Shown in pieces: positions 39,307 to 51,245 of a stretch of 64,000 bases of DNA. The first letter of the stretch is position 1, and each line of letters opens with the position of its first letter. Source of the DNA: Mustelus asterias (Eukaryota); assembly GCF_964213995.1 (NCBI RefSeq), contig NC_135811.1, forward strand, positions 23,498,001 through 23,562,000, given 5' to 3'. Both the position numbers and the translations under genes were made by a program. Under the pieces are notes generated by a model. The model had not been told where the DNA came from, did not search any database, and worked only from the letters and a program-made list of their open reading frames with translations.

Positions 39307-40410
39307 CATAGAACATCATAGAATCTCACAGTGCAGAAAAGGCCCTTCGGCCCATCAAGTCTGCACCAATATGTGAGAAATACCTGACATACATACCTAA
39401 TCCCATTTACCAGCACTTGACCCAAAGCCTTGAATGTTATGATGAACCAAGCGCTCACCCAGGTACTTTTTAAAGGGTGTGAGGCAACCCGCCTTCACCA
39501 CCCTATTAGGCAGCGCATTCTAGACCATCACCACCATCTGGGTAAAATCATTTTTCCTCACATCCCCCCAAACCTCCTACCCCTCACTTTGAACCTATGC
39601 CCCCTCATGACTGACCCTTCAAATAAGAGGAACAGCTGCTCCCTATCCACCCTGTCCATACCCTACATAATCTTGTACACCTTGATCAGGTCGTCCCTCA
39701 ACCTTCTCTGCTCCAATGAAAAAATCCAAACCTACCCAATCTCTCTTCATAACTTAAGTGTTCCATCCCAGGTAGCATCCTGGTGAATCTCCTCTGCACC
39801 CCCTCCAGTGCAATTACATCCTTCCGATAATGTGGTGATCAGAACTGCACACAGTACACAGGGGCGGCACAGTAGCACAGTGGTTAGCACTGCTGCTTCA
39901 CAGCTCCAAGGTCCTGGGTTCGATTCCCGGCTCGGGTCACTGTCTGTGTGGAGTTTGCACATTCTCCTCGTGTCTGCGTGGGTTTCCTCCAGGTGCTCCG
40001 GTTTCCTCCCACAGTCCAAAGATGTGCGGGTTAGGTTGATTGGCCAGGTTAAAAAAAAATTGCCCCTTAGAGTCCTGGGATGCGTAGGTTAGAGGGATTA
40101 GCGGGTAAAATATGTGGAGGTAGGGCCTGGGTGGGATTGTGGTCAATGCAGACTCGATGGGCCGAATGGCCCCCTTCTGCACTGTAGGGTTTCTATGATA
40201 CAGTGAAAAGTATTGTTTCTTGTGCACTACTCCAGCTGTGGCCTCACCAAAGTCCTATACAATTCCAACATGACTTCCTTTTGTAATATATGCCTTGATT
40301 GATAAAGGCAAACATCCCATTTGCCTTTCTCACCACCCTACTAACATGCCCTTCTGCTTTCTGAGGACAAACATGCCAAGGTCCCTTTGTTCCACAGAAT
40401 TTCCTAGTGT
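39307..40410 (-). mobile_element. CR1-like LINE 3' portion interrupted by an HE1 SINE
   Basis: Reverse-complement CR1 RT C-terminus (..EGVQRRFTRMLPGM..) and CATAGAACATCATAGAA tail. Confidence 0.8.
39862..40198 (+). mobile_element. HE1-type SINE, full length
   Basis: Near-identical to the 23229 and 62086 copies. Confidence 0.93.
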
Positions 40411-40466
40411 CCTGTTGTCAATTAAAAACATACAGGTAGAACTCTCAGCACCTGCAAAACAGAAAA

Positions 40467-43400
40467 ATGAAGATTAAACTTTTTCTCTGTTAGAAGTTAT
40501 CTGCTCCTGATTTTAACTTTATTATTTTCAAATGTCAGCAGTTTCCTGCATTTACTGTTTTAATTTAGACCAATTGATTCCATCTTGATTGCTCACAGGT
40601 CTCTGGGCTTACGTTGTTATTAATCTTAAAATCTAGCTGCAAGGCCTCACCACAAGTGGCACAAATAATTATAACAGGGCTGGAAAAAATTATGCTTTGA
40701 GGGAAAGATCATCCATATCCCCCTCAGTACCTCAAATTTCCAGATCTCAAATACCTGCACATAGCACGCAATCAAATCAGCTACATGGAGGAAGCTTGGA
40801 TGGTCGGGAATATCAGAAAAAATACACATTGGGGCTATTTCCTGATTTGCTGTCTCTGGTGAATCTTGTCTGGACGGCACTATCCAGTTACTACTAACTC
40901 TTCCCTCCCACCCGCCCCCATCCAGAGAAGCTACTGGATCCTCCTCTTCACCACCTCATCATCACCACCGAGCCACTGGTGCCAGTGAGCCAAAGTTGCA
41001 TTTCCCCCTTCCATAACGATAGCCTATTTGTGACCAGACTTATTCCAGTTTTTAAGTCTTCAGAGGGTTCCTCTATTTTGAGCTGTCTTTACAGTCCCCT
41101 ATATCTGCAGCTCCCATCTCCCAGTGGAACCACTGGCCATGCACAGCCTCGGGTCCGCTAATTGGTCCTGCTGCCTGCATTCTGCATACCATTCTTAATT
41201 GGACAGGGCTCCAGGAAGCAACCTATTAATTAGCCGCCTATGGGAAGATCGCACATGGAGCTGGACTTCAAAAACCATTGGGATTGGGACTTGGAAATGG
41301 CAACAGCCCTGGTTTAAAACTAAATTTTCACCCTTATTTGTCGTAACCAAAATGCTCAAATTAAAATATTTTAAAAGTAGCAACTTGCTTCTCCTGATGC
41401 TTCCCACTGAATGCTCCATTATTTTTCAACACCCAGAAAGCTCCCTTATTATCCAACACTTGCGTTCTGACTTTAGAAAAAAAACAAAGTGGAAAAAACT
41501 GTGCTGTTGCCCAGCAACAGGAGTCCAATGACATCCAGAGAGACAGGGAAAGACGGCAGGGCAGTTCGGGCAGTACGTGCATGCCAGGGAGAAATGGCAG
41601 AAGTTCGAAGCTCTTAACTAAGAAGTCCTGCAAGACTGCTGTGATACATATGTGTTTGCTCTGAAGTTGAGGTAATAGTGAATTTAGTTTGAAATTTTTA
41701 GGTGTCTCAGGAAAAGATACCAGCTGGGGGAAAAGCATCTCAGATATCTGTCAGAAGCATTTACAACTGAGCCAGCCCAAGCAAGAAACTGTAATGTTAA
41801 CATAGTGGTAAATCTTCACTGGGGTTTTGTGTCTGTAAGGGTTTGCTGAATTAAAAGGAACAATGAGTTTGAATGATTTTCTGGTGATTATGTTGAAAAT
41901 TTTCCAACCTTTTTGTCTAGTGTAATACAGCTCATTTTTCATAAATGTTTTGCTCTTTGTATTGGAAGAAACTGCCAGACTCTTGTGAATGTGTTCAGGA
42001 ACTGACCTCCAAAGGTTCCTTAAAAAAAAACAAAATGAGGATCTTTCAAGCCAAGTTTCACTTTGGGGTCTGAACTGTCCAATATCAACATTAGCTGGGA
42101 TCAAAACATCCTGCAAAGAAGTAATTTTTATGATGAGGCCAATTCTGACAAGGTCTGGCAGTGATTTTATAAATTATTTTATAACTGTTTTTATATAACT
42201 TTATTGCTGTCAGAAATACTAGCCACCGTGAGAAAACTTTTCCCTTTTATAAATTGCCTCCTATTTTGAATAAATACTCAGTTGTTCTGCATGATGTTCA
42301 CCCACAAGCTTCAAAGTAGAAAATCAGCCCCACTATGGAGAGACCAGTTAGCTGCTCAATATAGAGATTCGGCTGCAGAAGGACAGAATGGGAATTATCT
42401 TGCAGACTTTGAAAAGGTTTTTGAACAACTATGAGACATTAAAGGAAAGAGGCATGATGAAAATTGACGAACCAGTTTGTGCTTGGCCTAGGGTATAACA
42501 CAGCGCCCAGTAGGAAATCCATTAGAGTTAATGTTTCCCACCCCGATGGCTAAGGGATTGAGTTCCAGAGCTGTCTGTCACTCAAGATCACTGGGCAATG
42601 TTGAGAGCGAGTTTTCCTTGTTATTAATGAATCACTTCTGTCCCAAGTGACAGAACATTGATATTGCCAATTACGTTATCCTGCTGAAGATGCGCTTGAA
42701 GTGGAGTTTTAACATTTCAATCGTCTTTTTCTTCCCCTTATCTCCCAATAAGCACTGTACCTTTATCAAAGTTCAATATTGCCCATTCCCATTTGCACAT
42801 TCATATAATTGATCTTTGTAGCCAGGGTCTTTTTATAGACACAAATAGGCCTCCTGTTGCGTTACTCACTGTGGTTCTGAGTTTGTGCAGTTTTCTGTGG
42901 AATGCGGAGGTGGGTGAGCGGGGTGGGTGAGTGGGGGGGAGTGGTGATATATTTCTCCAGTTAAGGGATTTCTATAAACATCTTCCCAGGGACATTTCTA
43001 TAACATCCTTAAATAAGTGAACATATCTCTGCACATAAAATGAGCAAACAGTTCGTTTACATGTTTAAATGTATGACTTTTGATAGCAAAGACAAAAAGT
43101 TATGTAAAGCTGAAGCAGAATTTTGAACAATTTACATACTTTTAAAAATCAAATATATTGCATGAGTGCTTAATGGCCAGTTTCAGATAACAAAGAATAC
43201 ATGCATGCAGAATACATAAGCTGCAGAATATACCGTGCCTTTACAGCAAACTGAATTGGGACCACAATAAAAAGCACACTCATTCATCTGAGCGAACAAA
43301 TATAAAGTTGCTGAAAGTACAATTCGATAGAAAAAAAAACTGCCACGGCGTTCCAAATATAATGGGATGCAAGGAAATGGTCCAAATATCCTTGGTATAT

Positions 43401-43699
43401 CAATTAGATCTGAAAAAGGTGTCAGAGTGGTATTCCTGTTGTCACATAATTCAGACAGTAATAATATTTGTAACAATCTGTTTCCCTTGCAATTCTGTAC
43501 CGGCAGGAAGTTGGCTCTCGTTGCAGCCAGAGTCACAGTGGGCAGACATAAATCCCAGGGCACCTGCGGTGCACAGCAAGATTTGAATCGCTATCACTTC
43601 CAGAAATTGCTCAGCAGAAATAGCTTAATGTTGATGCTGACTTACAGACAACCTGAAAACAGGTTGTACCTCATTTGGAACAAAATATGTATATTTTAA
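40467..43699 (+). pseudogene. Decayed Toll-like receptor pseudogene 1 (TLR13/21/22-like architecture, intronless)
   Basis: Collinear remnants across frameshifts: signal peptide MKIKLF/SVRSYLLLILTLLFSNVSSF (40467); LRRs DLKYLHIARNQISYMEEA (40743), GLFPDLLSLVNL (40832), NVFRN..KNKMRIFQ (~41990), KVENQPHYG (42313), GNYLADFEKVFEQL (42390), VINESLLSQ (42620); TM VALLTVVLSLCSFLW (42856-42900); TIR-like VRVVFLLSHN...LNRYHFQKLLSRN...LYLIWNKI (ORF 43367-43699). Confidence 0.72.
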
Positions 43700-44641
43700 T
43701 TACATTCCTCAAAAGATCTGAAAGTGGTGACTGGAACATTCTAAGCTACATAATGCGTCCTTTAATTTGTAAGAATAATTCAGTCAGTGTTTAAAATGGG
43801 AAGATGGATATTGGTTGTTCAAGGGTCTGCATACTGATTTTGTATCAATCAGGTTTAAATTAGGTATAATGCTCATTGATTCTACATTTCAAGTGAGGTG
43901 AAATTCAGAATGGCGTGGGTGTTGGAAATCTGGAATCTTGACCTCGCCCTACCCATAACCTGGATCTGTACCTGCTTAAAAACGCTAAGACTTTCTCAAC
44001 TCTGGTGAAAGATCATTGACCTGAAACATTGGGCCCAATTTTATATCAAGTTGCGCCCATTTTCGGGCGCGGAAACTTGGTAAAGTCGGGCGAGAGGCAG
44101 GTAGTGCGATCCGCGACCGCCTCCCCGCCCCTTCCCCCTTTACCAAGCACCTAAAATGGCCGCAATCGGGATCGCGCCCGAAACGGGCGCCACGGTAATT
44201 TAAATGCATTTGAATGCATTTAAATTGAATTAATGGGCTGAGTGCCCAACTTTACCAGCACTTCCCTCTTTACCGTCATGTTCACCAATTGGGAATCGGC
44301 GCAAATCAGACCTACTCAATAGAAGTCTGATTTGGGCGCTCCATTAGTGAGGAGGTAAGTGCATAGTATCTGATGGTGCTCTGCTAGTCACGGGTGTCCT
44401 GTTGTTGTGGCCATTTTCTGTCTCGGAGCAGTGGCGGCTCTGCAAGTGTGTGGTGGGGGTGGGGGGGGGAGGGGGTGGGAGGGGGCTGTTGCTCTGCAGG
44501 GTCAATATCCAACTTGCAGCACGGACCCGGGTCTCAGCACTGACCTTGAATCTGGGTCATAGTGCATTCAGCTCACTTCCAGCTGAAGGATGTGCACAAA
44601 GCCTTTGCAAATTACACTGCTGCAGTCTCTCAACTTTTCAA

Positions 44642-44764
44642 GGAGCTGTGATTGTGGGGAGCATGTGGCTGGGGGAATTGGGGGAGCTGTGATTGTGGGG
44701 AGCATGTGGCTGGGGGAATTGGGGGAGCTGTGATTGTGGGGAGCATGTGGCTGGGGGAATTGGG
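44642..44764. repeat. 3 x 41-bp G-rich tandem repeat
   Basis: GGAGCTGTGATTGTGGGGAGCATGTGGCTGGGGGAATTGGG units at 44642, 44683 and 44724. Confidence 0.95.
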
Positions 44765-44860
44765 GGGTTTGGACAGTGACTGTTGATGTGCCAGGGGCAA
44801 GCAGCGGTCCATAACCTCTCCATCTCCCACCCCATCACCCCCGCCATTCAGAGTGACAAC

Positions 44861-46145
44861 ATGGCTTTTTCTATGCAATCAATAAATCTAGCTGTCCTTT
44901 TGGTTGCTGCTGGAGTTGAGGAGGAGGAGCATGAGGAAGAATTGCGAGCACAGCAAGTCCAGGCCTTACAACTTCCAGGACCAGAAGGAGACAACCACCA
45001 GAGGCAGGAGGTGGCCGCCATTAGCCCAGGGGGGGGGGGGGGGGGGGGAGAGGGGGGCGCACAAGAGAAGGAGAGATCCTGGCAGTTCCGTGCACAAGTG
45101 TCATTTGAACAGATGTCGGACACCATGTGCCACCGACATCTCCGCCTCTGAAAGGAGACAGTGCGACACCTGTGCAACCTGTTGCAGGACCTGGCACCCA
45201 GAGGTGGGGGTGGGGGGAGGGGGGGGGAGGGGTATCCACTCTTAGTGGCTGTCAAATTGACAGCCGCTCTAAATTCGACGCAGCTGGTTCTTTCCAGGCC
45301 CCGAGCAGAGATGCCTGTGGCATCTCCCAATCAGCTGTGCACACCTGTGTGAGGCAGGTCACTGAAGCCCAGTATACCAGGGCTGGCCATCAACTTCAAC
45401 CTGGACCAGGCGCAGCAGGAAGCCGGGCTGCAGGGTTCGCAGCCATTACGGGGATGCCTAACGTGCAGGGGGCGATCGACTGCACCCACGTTGCTCTCAA
45501 AGCCCCCCTACAGAATCCATGAAGATTTGTAAATAGGAAGGGTTCCACTCCCTGAATGTTCAGCTAGTGTGTGACCACAATATGACCATCATGCACGTCC
45601 GCACCAGACATCCAGGCAGCGCGCATGACAGCTTCATTGTAAGGAGCTCGGACATCCCAGAGGCATTTGAGGAGGGGCCTAGGCTGCGGGGTGCCTCGTG
45701 GGTGATATGGGTTACCCGCTTCGGACATGGCTGATGATGCCTGTGCGGAGGCCTGTGTTTGAGGCAGAGACCTGCTATAATGAGGCCTATGTAGCAATAG
45801 TAGAGAGGTGCTTTGGGCTCCTCAAGATGCGATGCTGGTGCCTGGACCGATCTGGCAGGGCCCTCCAATACAGCCCAGTGATCTGTTCCCACATAGTGGT
45901 GCTGTGCCTTGCACAAACTGGCTCTACACAGAGGTGAGCTCTTGGAGGAGGAGGAGGACGTGGAGGCTGACCAGTTGGGCGTAGCTGGGGAGGATGACCA
46001 GCAGGCGGAGGAGGAAGAAAAGGAGGAGGAAGATGAGGAAGAGCATGCCGAGGAACACCAACCAGGCGCTCGAGGGCTGGCAGCCCAAATGAGACATGCG
46101 AGGACGGCAAGGGAGGCACTAATCACCAGGCAGTTCACTCGCTAG
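44861..46145 (+). pseudogene. Harbinger (HARBI1-like) DDE transposase, with frameshifts and stops
   Basis: Motifs FRAQVSF, GMPNVQGAIDCTHVAL, NRKGFHSLNVQLVCDH, PGSAHDS, GDMGYPL, VERCFGLLKMR..CLDRSG and an acidic tail; in-frame TGA at 45149 and 45520. Confidence 0.92.
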
Positions 46146-46740
46146 GGGCTTGTGTCTGTGGATTCCATCCCCCACCCCCACCAAATTCCCTCTATATCCT
46201 GCACATTGTCACACCAGAGTGGTGGGCCTGGGTGCTCTGTGTCAGCGAGTGTTTTGTCAGGCAGGAGGGTGACGACGACTCGTTCAGCCCCATTATGATG
46301 ATACCCTGGTGCAAACTAGTCTAACTCTTACCTGAGCTCCACATGCACGATGGCACCTGGGCACAAGTCTGTGTTGTGGGTAAGGGATTTGAAGCCCCCA
46401 TACAGGGTCCTAGGGCGGGTGGGGTGGGGGACGGGAGGGAATCACTCGTGGGGTCTGGGGAACCAGTGCCTTCCTTTTCTCAGTGACACAGCATTGAGGG
46501 GCCTCCCCAACTGACATCAACATGAAGCATCGTCCCAGCGATCATCAATGGAAGAGGATTTCTATTCGAGACAAATTAGTCACAGGTGAGTGGTGAAAAA
46601 ACATTTATTTACAAGCCCTCACCCATGACCCGCTGTTTAAATCAGACGTTCTAACATAAAAACTTGTGAACAGAAAATGTTAAGGTGCTTAAATATCTTT
46701 CTAACTAGTGCAGCCCTTCACCCATGCCATCTCAGTGCAA

Positions 46741-49077
46741 CTACAACTTCCTAACCTTACGTGGCCTATCATTACATTTCAGTGACTCCTCAGAATGTAC
46801 ATTGGAGGTGAAGGGGGCCAGCTACCTACCTTGCCCCGTGGCCTGTGATGCACGTGATGGGCGTCCTCTGGAGGCCCTGGATCTTGAGGGCCCTGGCCTG
46901 CGTCTGGGTGTCTGGGATGTTTCCATGACACCCTCTTCATCCTGCTGTCCCTGAGATGCCCCGGTGTCAGGAAGGGGGGAGTCAGAAGGTGTTGCCACAG
47001 CCACAGTCTCCTGGCCGGAAGGCCCTGGCATTGGCTCGAGTCTTTCCTCCTTCTTGGGGTTCCTGTGGATCCCTGGGTCACTCCATGGGACGGCGGTGCT
47101 TCTGCAGTGAGCTCCAGAAGCTTCAGCATCAACTGGCATTGCCAATCCTGGAGGACCACCTGCGTCCTACCCATGGTGGTCGAGCCTTTTGTGATGGCCA
47201 CTTGAGTCAGGGGCCATCTCTCAATGGCCGCAGCATGTGCCCTCAGAGAATGGGCCACACGCTGCAACCCCTCAGCTGTGGGCCTCTGAGACTGGGCTGC
47301 GTTCTGCAATCCCTCAGTCATGACCCTCTGAGACTGGGCCACGCTTTTAACGGCTGCTGCCGTAGCCCGCTGTGTCTCAGCACTGGCCCGCTGGGTCTCC
47401 TGCAAGCTCTCGAGCCTCTCAGCCATGGACCACAGAATCTTGAGAAGCCTACTCAGTCCCTCAGCCGTGGCCTGCTGTGATTTGGCCGTGGCCCTCTGGG
47501 ACTCTGCTGTGACTCAGCCATCGCTTGGAGCCTGCCACTCTCGGTGAGGATCCCCGGCCCCAGGCTTTTCACTGCAAGCGTCAACCTTGCTGGCCTGGGA
47601 AGCACGCAAGACAGGCAATAGTTGGTCCGTCTGAAAGCTTTGGGACTGCTCCCAACAGCCTCACAGTTGGTCCAGTGTGGCCGTCAGCCCCTCCTGCATT
47701 CCCTGGCTCTGTTGCTGCATCTCCAGCAGCTGAAGGAGAAGTGATCTCCGAGGCCCAGCATGTAGCCTGGGGCCAGCTGAGTCCTCACCTCCAGCAAGCC
47801 CCCGCATGCCAGAGGCCTCGGATGTTTCCTCCTCCACCCGATGTACATCAGCAGATGCGTCGTGCTCACCAGAGAGTGACCCAGAAGCCTCACCACTAAC
47901 TGGACACACTGACGTGTCAGTATCTGGGATGGTGAGTTGTGAGGTGGCAGCTGATGCCAAAACGGTGCCACCCTCGGAGGTCCTTCACCCGCATCCTCTG
48001 AGGACTTGTCCGAGCTGTCTGGAACAGGATGGGCAGGAGCTGCAGCCGGGGCCTGTAGTCCAGAAGGCCCTGGGGCATCCGGATCTGTCCCTGCAACACA
48101 GGACACAAGGTTATGTGCAAAGGAGGGAGAGGAATCCGGGATGCCAAACACATGATTCACATTTCTCCATTGAACAAAGAACAAAGAACCAAGAAAATTA
48201 CATCACAGGAACAGGCCCTTCAGTCCTCCAACCTTATAGCGACCAGGCTGCCCATCCGATTTGTAACCCCCTACCCTTCGGGGGACCATATGCCTCTATT
48301 CCTATCCCATTCACGTGGCTGTAGAGATGCCCCTTAAAGGTCACTATCGTATCTGCATCCGCGAGTTCCAGGCACACACTACCCTCTCTATGCAAATAAA
48401 CATACCTCGTATATCTCCTTTAAACCTTGCTCCTCGCACTCGAAACTCGTGCCCCCGAGAAGTTGCCTCAAAGTGAGTGGAGGAATGACAGGTGCTCACG
48501 TCTTGACGGCAGCCCGACAGCTCGCATCTCCCCTTCTCTGGAAAGCTCCAGCAGCCGCTCCTCAAAGGGGGTGAGGACCCGGAGGTCTGGCTCACCACCC
48601 CTTGTCTTCGCCCTCTCACGGGTGTTGTACTCGATCTTCCCCTGTCGCGACAGAAGGAGCCATGAAAGAAATGGTGGCGTGACTCCTGCAGAGTATCAGG
48701 TGGTGGCCCTTAGAGGCCAAGCACAGTGGGGCTCATTGGAGGGAAAAGAAGGAGGTGCTTCAGGGTCAGAAGCTGGAACATGCAGGGTGCTGGGGATGGG
48801 AGGATCTGGGGGAGATTTGGGGAAGATGCAAAATGGGGTTCAGTACTCACCCTTGCCACGGATGAGGTAATTGACTTTTTCCGGCACTGCTTCAGGTTCG
48901 GGGGGCCAGTGCCCTGGCACTGACCGAGGTGGCAAGTTCCTCCCAGGCTGCATTTCCATCAGCCCCCCTTGGTCTGCGTCCTCCTGGGGGGAAGAGGGTG
49001 TCCTGCCTCGCCTCTACTGCATCCAGCAGCCTCCCCAGGTCGCCCTCAGAGAATCGGGGGGCTGGTCATGCGCTCAT
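46741..49077 (-). pseudogene. Harbinger Myb/SANT (trihelix) DNA-binding partner gene, 3 exons, disrupted
   Basis: Exon 49077-48851: MSA*PAPRFSEGDLGRLLDAVEARQDTLFP...AWEELATSVSA...RT..QCRKK; exon 48641-48500: GKIEYNTRERAKTRGGEPDLRVLTPFEERLLEL; exon 48090-46741: low-complexity and coiled-coil, ending RPRKVRKL*; canonical GT/AG sites. Confidence 0.85.
48170..48450 (-). mobile_element. CR1-like LINE 3' fragment in Harbinger Myb-gene intron
   Basis: Minus-strand RGHEFRVRGARFKGDIRG..ERVVCAWN; (AAGAACA)n-type tail. Confidence 0.75.
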
Positions 49078-49277
49078 TTTGTGCAGTTTTTAATGGAGCT
49101 GCCCCTTGTTCGGGCAGATCAGCTGCAGGCAGTTTGGCAGAGCTTTCCAGCAAGTTCCATGCAGTTTGCTTGTTAACATTGAGGGGAAGGCAAATGAGCA
49201 CTTGCAGGTGTGCTGATGGGGGGTGGGGAGGGGGGGGGGGGTGGGGTGGTGGTGGATCAGTGCCTCAATGATTGGGA

Positions 49278-49757
49278 CAGTAAGAAGTCTCACAACACCA
49301 GGTTAAAGTCCAACAGGTTTATTTGGAAGCAAATACCATAAGCTTTCGGAGCGCTGCCCCTTCGTCAGATGGAGTGAAAATCTGTTCTCCAACAGTGCAC
49401 AGAGACACAACATCAAGTTACAGAATACTAATTAGAATGCAAATCTCTACAGCCAGCCAGGTCTTAAAGGTACAGATAATGTGGGTGGAGGGAACATTAA
49501 ACACAGGTTAAAGAGATGTGTATTGTCTCCAGACAGAACAACTAGTAAGATTCTGCAAGATCAGGAGGCAAGCTGTGGGGGTTACTGATAATGTGACATA
49601 AATCCAACATCCCGGTTTAGGCCGTCCTCATGTGTGCGGAACTTGGCTATCAGTTTCTGCTCAGCGACTCTGCGCTGTCGTGTGTCGTGAAGGCCGCCTT
49701 GGAGAACGCTTACCTGAAGATCCAAGGCTGAATGCCCGTGATCCAAGGCTGAATGCC
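49278..49757 (-). mobile_element. 5'-truncated Penelope-like element inserted in the Harbinger
   Basis: Minus strand encodes HGHSALDLQVSVLQGGLHDTRQRRVAEQKLIAKFRTHEDGLNRDVGFMSHY, a GIY-YIG endonuclease C-terminus; flanking duplication CAATGATTGGG at 49266 and 49758. Confidence 0.85.
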
Positions 49758-50931
49758 CAATGATTGGGGACAGGGGAGAGAGAGGGAGGTGTCACACAGC
49801 CATTGGAGTCCGGAACAGATTGGGGCCTTGTGCGGGAGAGTCCGGGGTGGGGGTAAGGGGGATCACCCTGCCTGATATCTCTAGGGTGGAGGGGGGGGGG
49901 GGAGGGTAGATCTCTCTGCCTTAGATCAGTGAGGGGGAAGGGGGGTCCGCTGCCACTCTGCCCGAGATCATTGGGAGGAAGGGGGGGGGAGAGGGCTGTG
50001 ATCGGTTTGGGTGGCGGGCAGGTGGGGGGGGAATAAGGAGGTCAGTAATGTTGTGGGTGTGGGGCAATGTCTGTGGGGGATAGGGGGAGGCATTATCCGG
50101 CCCAGGCGTGATGTGGTAGGGGGGGCAGCATTCTATAACTTTTTTGTCTGCGCGTGCGCAGTTGGAGGCACTGATTGGAGCTGCAGGGTTTCAGGCGTGT
50201 TAAGCTCCGCCCACAGGCTTGTGCAGCGTGATTCGGACTTGCTGATATTTTTTAGGCAGAGTGCGTATGGGGGTGCCAGAGAACGGGCCTGAAAGCCGGA
50301 TCTGAAACATTCCCAGATTCAAGTCCGTCCAGCACTTAGAATTAAAATGTTAAAATTGGGCCCATTGGGTTGGAGTTTTGGACCCCACTGGGGCCAGGAA
50401 TGGAGGGGATAGGTAAAAATAGCTGCAATGACCACCGTGCCAGTTTCCAGGCTCCATTCCACCTCCTGACCATTTTTGCAAAGAGGGGGACAGCAGGGCT
50501 ACTCCCCCGTGCAGGGCAAGGAGCTAATCAGGGTCATCAACAGTCAAACTGAGGCCAATTCAAGGAGGCTGACTGGAATTTTCCACTTAGCCTCCATGTA
50601 CCTGAAGGCGATGGAGCCAGTTTAAAATAGAATAGAACCCCTACAGTGCAGAAGGAGCCATTTGGCCCATCGAGTTTGAACCGACTCGCCAACAGAGTAT
50701 CTCACTCAGGCCCCCCACCACTCCCCCCCCCCCCCCCCCCCCCACCCTATCCCCATTCATTGATCCTGCTAATCCCCCCTAACCTACACATCTTTCCAAT
50801 TTAGGTGCCTGTAAGTGGGCAGGTCTGGGGCATATCATTCCCGATAGGCTTAGAGGTTCTCTCTGCCTGCCTTGGTGGAGGAATAGTCCAGACCACCCTG
50901 TAAAGTAGTCCTCCTACCTGGCCCTAGCTCC

Positions 50932-51245
50932 GGGCAGCACAGTAGTTAGCACTGCTGCCTCGTGGCACCAGGGACCCGTGTTCAATTCCCGGATTGGATC
51001 ACTGTCAGTGTGGAGTTTGCACATTCTCCCCGTGTCTGCATGGGTTTCCTCTGGGTGCTCCGATTTCCTCCCATGAGGTGCGCGGGTTAGGTGGATCGGC
51101 CATGCTAAGTTGCCCCTTAGTGGTCAGGGGAACTAGCTAGGGTCAATGCATGGGGTTATGGGGCTAGTACCTGGATGGGATTGTGGTTGTTGCAGACTTG
51201 ATGGGCCAAATAGCCTCCTTCTGCACTGTAAGATTCTATGAATCT
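50932..51245 (+). mobile_element. HE1-type SINE
   Basis: tRNA-like head, V-domain, ATTCTATGA tail. Confidence 0.88.

Larger units (their letters stand above)
44031..50363 (+). mobile_element. Full-length PIF/Harbinger DNA transposon (two convergent genes), decayed
   Basis: 13-bp TIRs GGGCCCAATTTTA (44031-44043) and TAAAATTGGGCCC (50351-50363); 3-bp TSD ATT (44028-44030 and 50364-50366); contains a DDE transposase and a Myb/SANT gene. Confidence 0.92.

Noticed and set aside
41751-42116. 121-aa minus-strand ORF with an acceptor-like site at ~42111 as an exon of a neighbouring gene
   Set aside because: No recognisable protein similarity or donor partner; the opposite strand carries the LRR remnants of TLR pseudogene 1.
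44861-49077. Domesticated host genes HARBI1 and NAIF1/MSANTD
   Set aside because: Both ORFs are disrupted and enclosed by TIRs and a TSD, so they are transposon genes.
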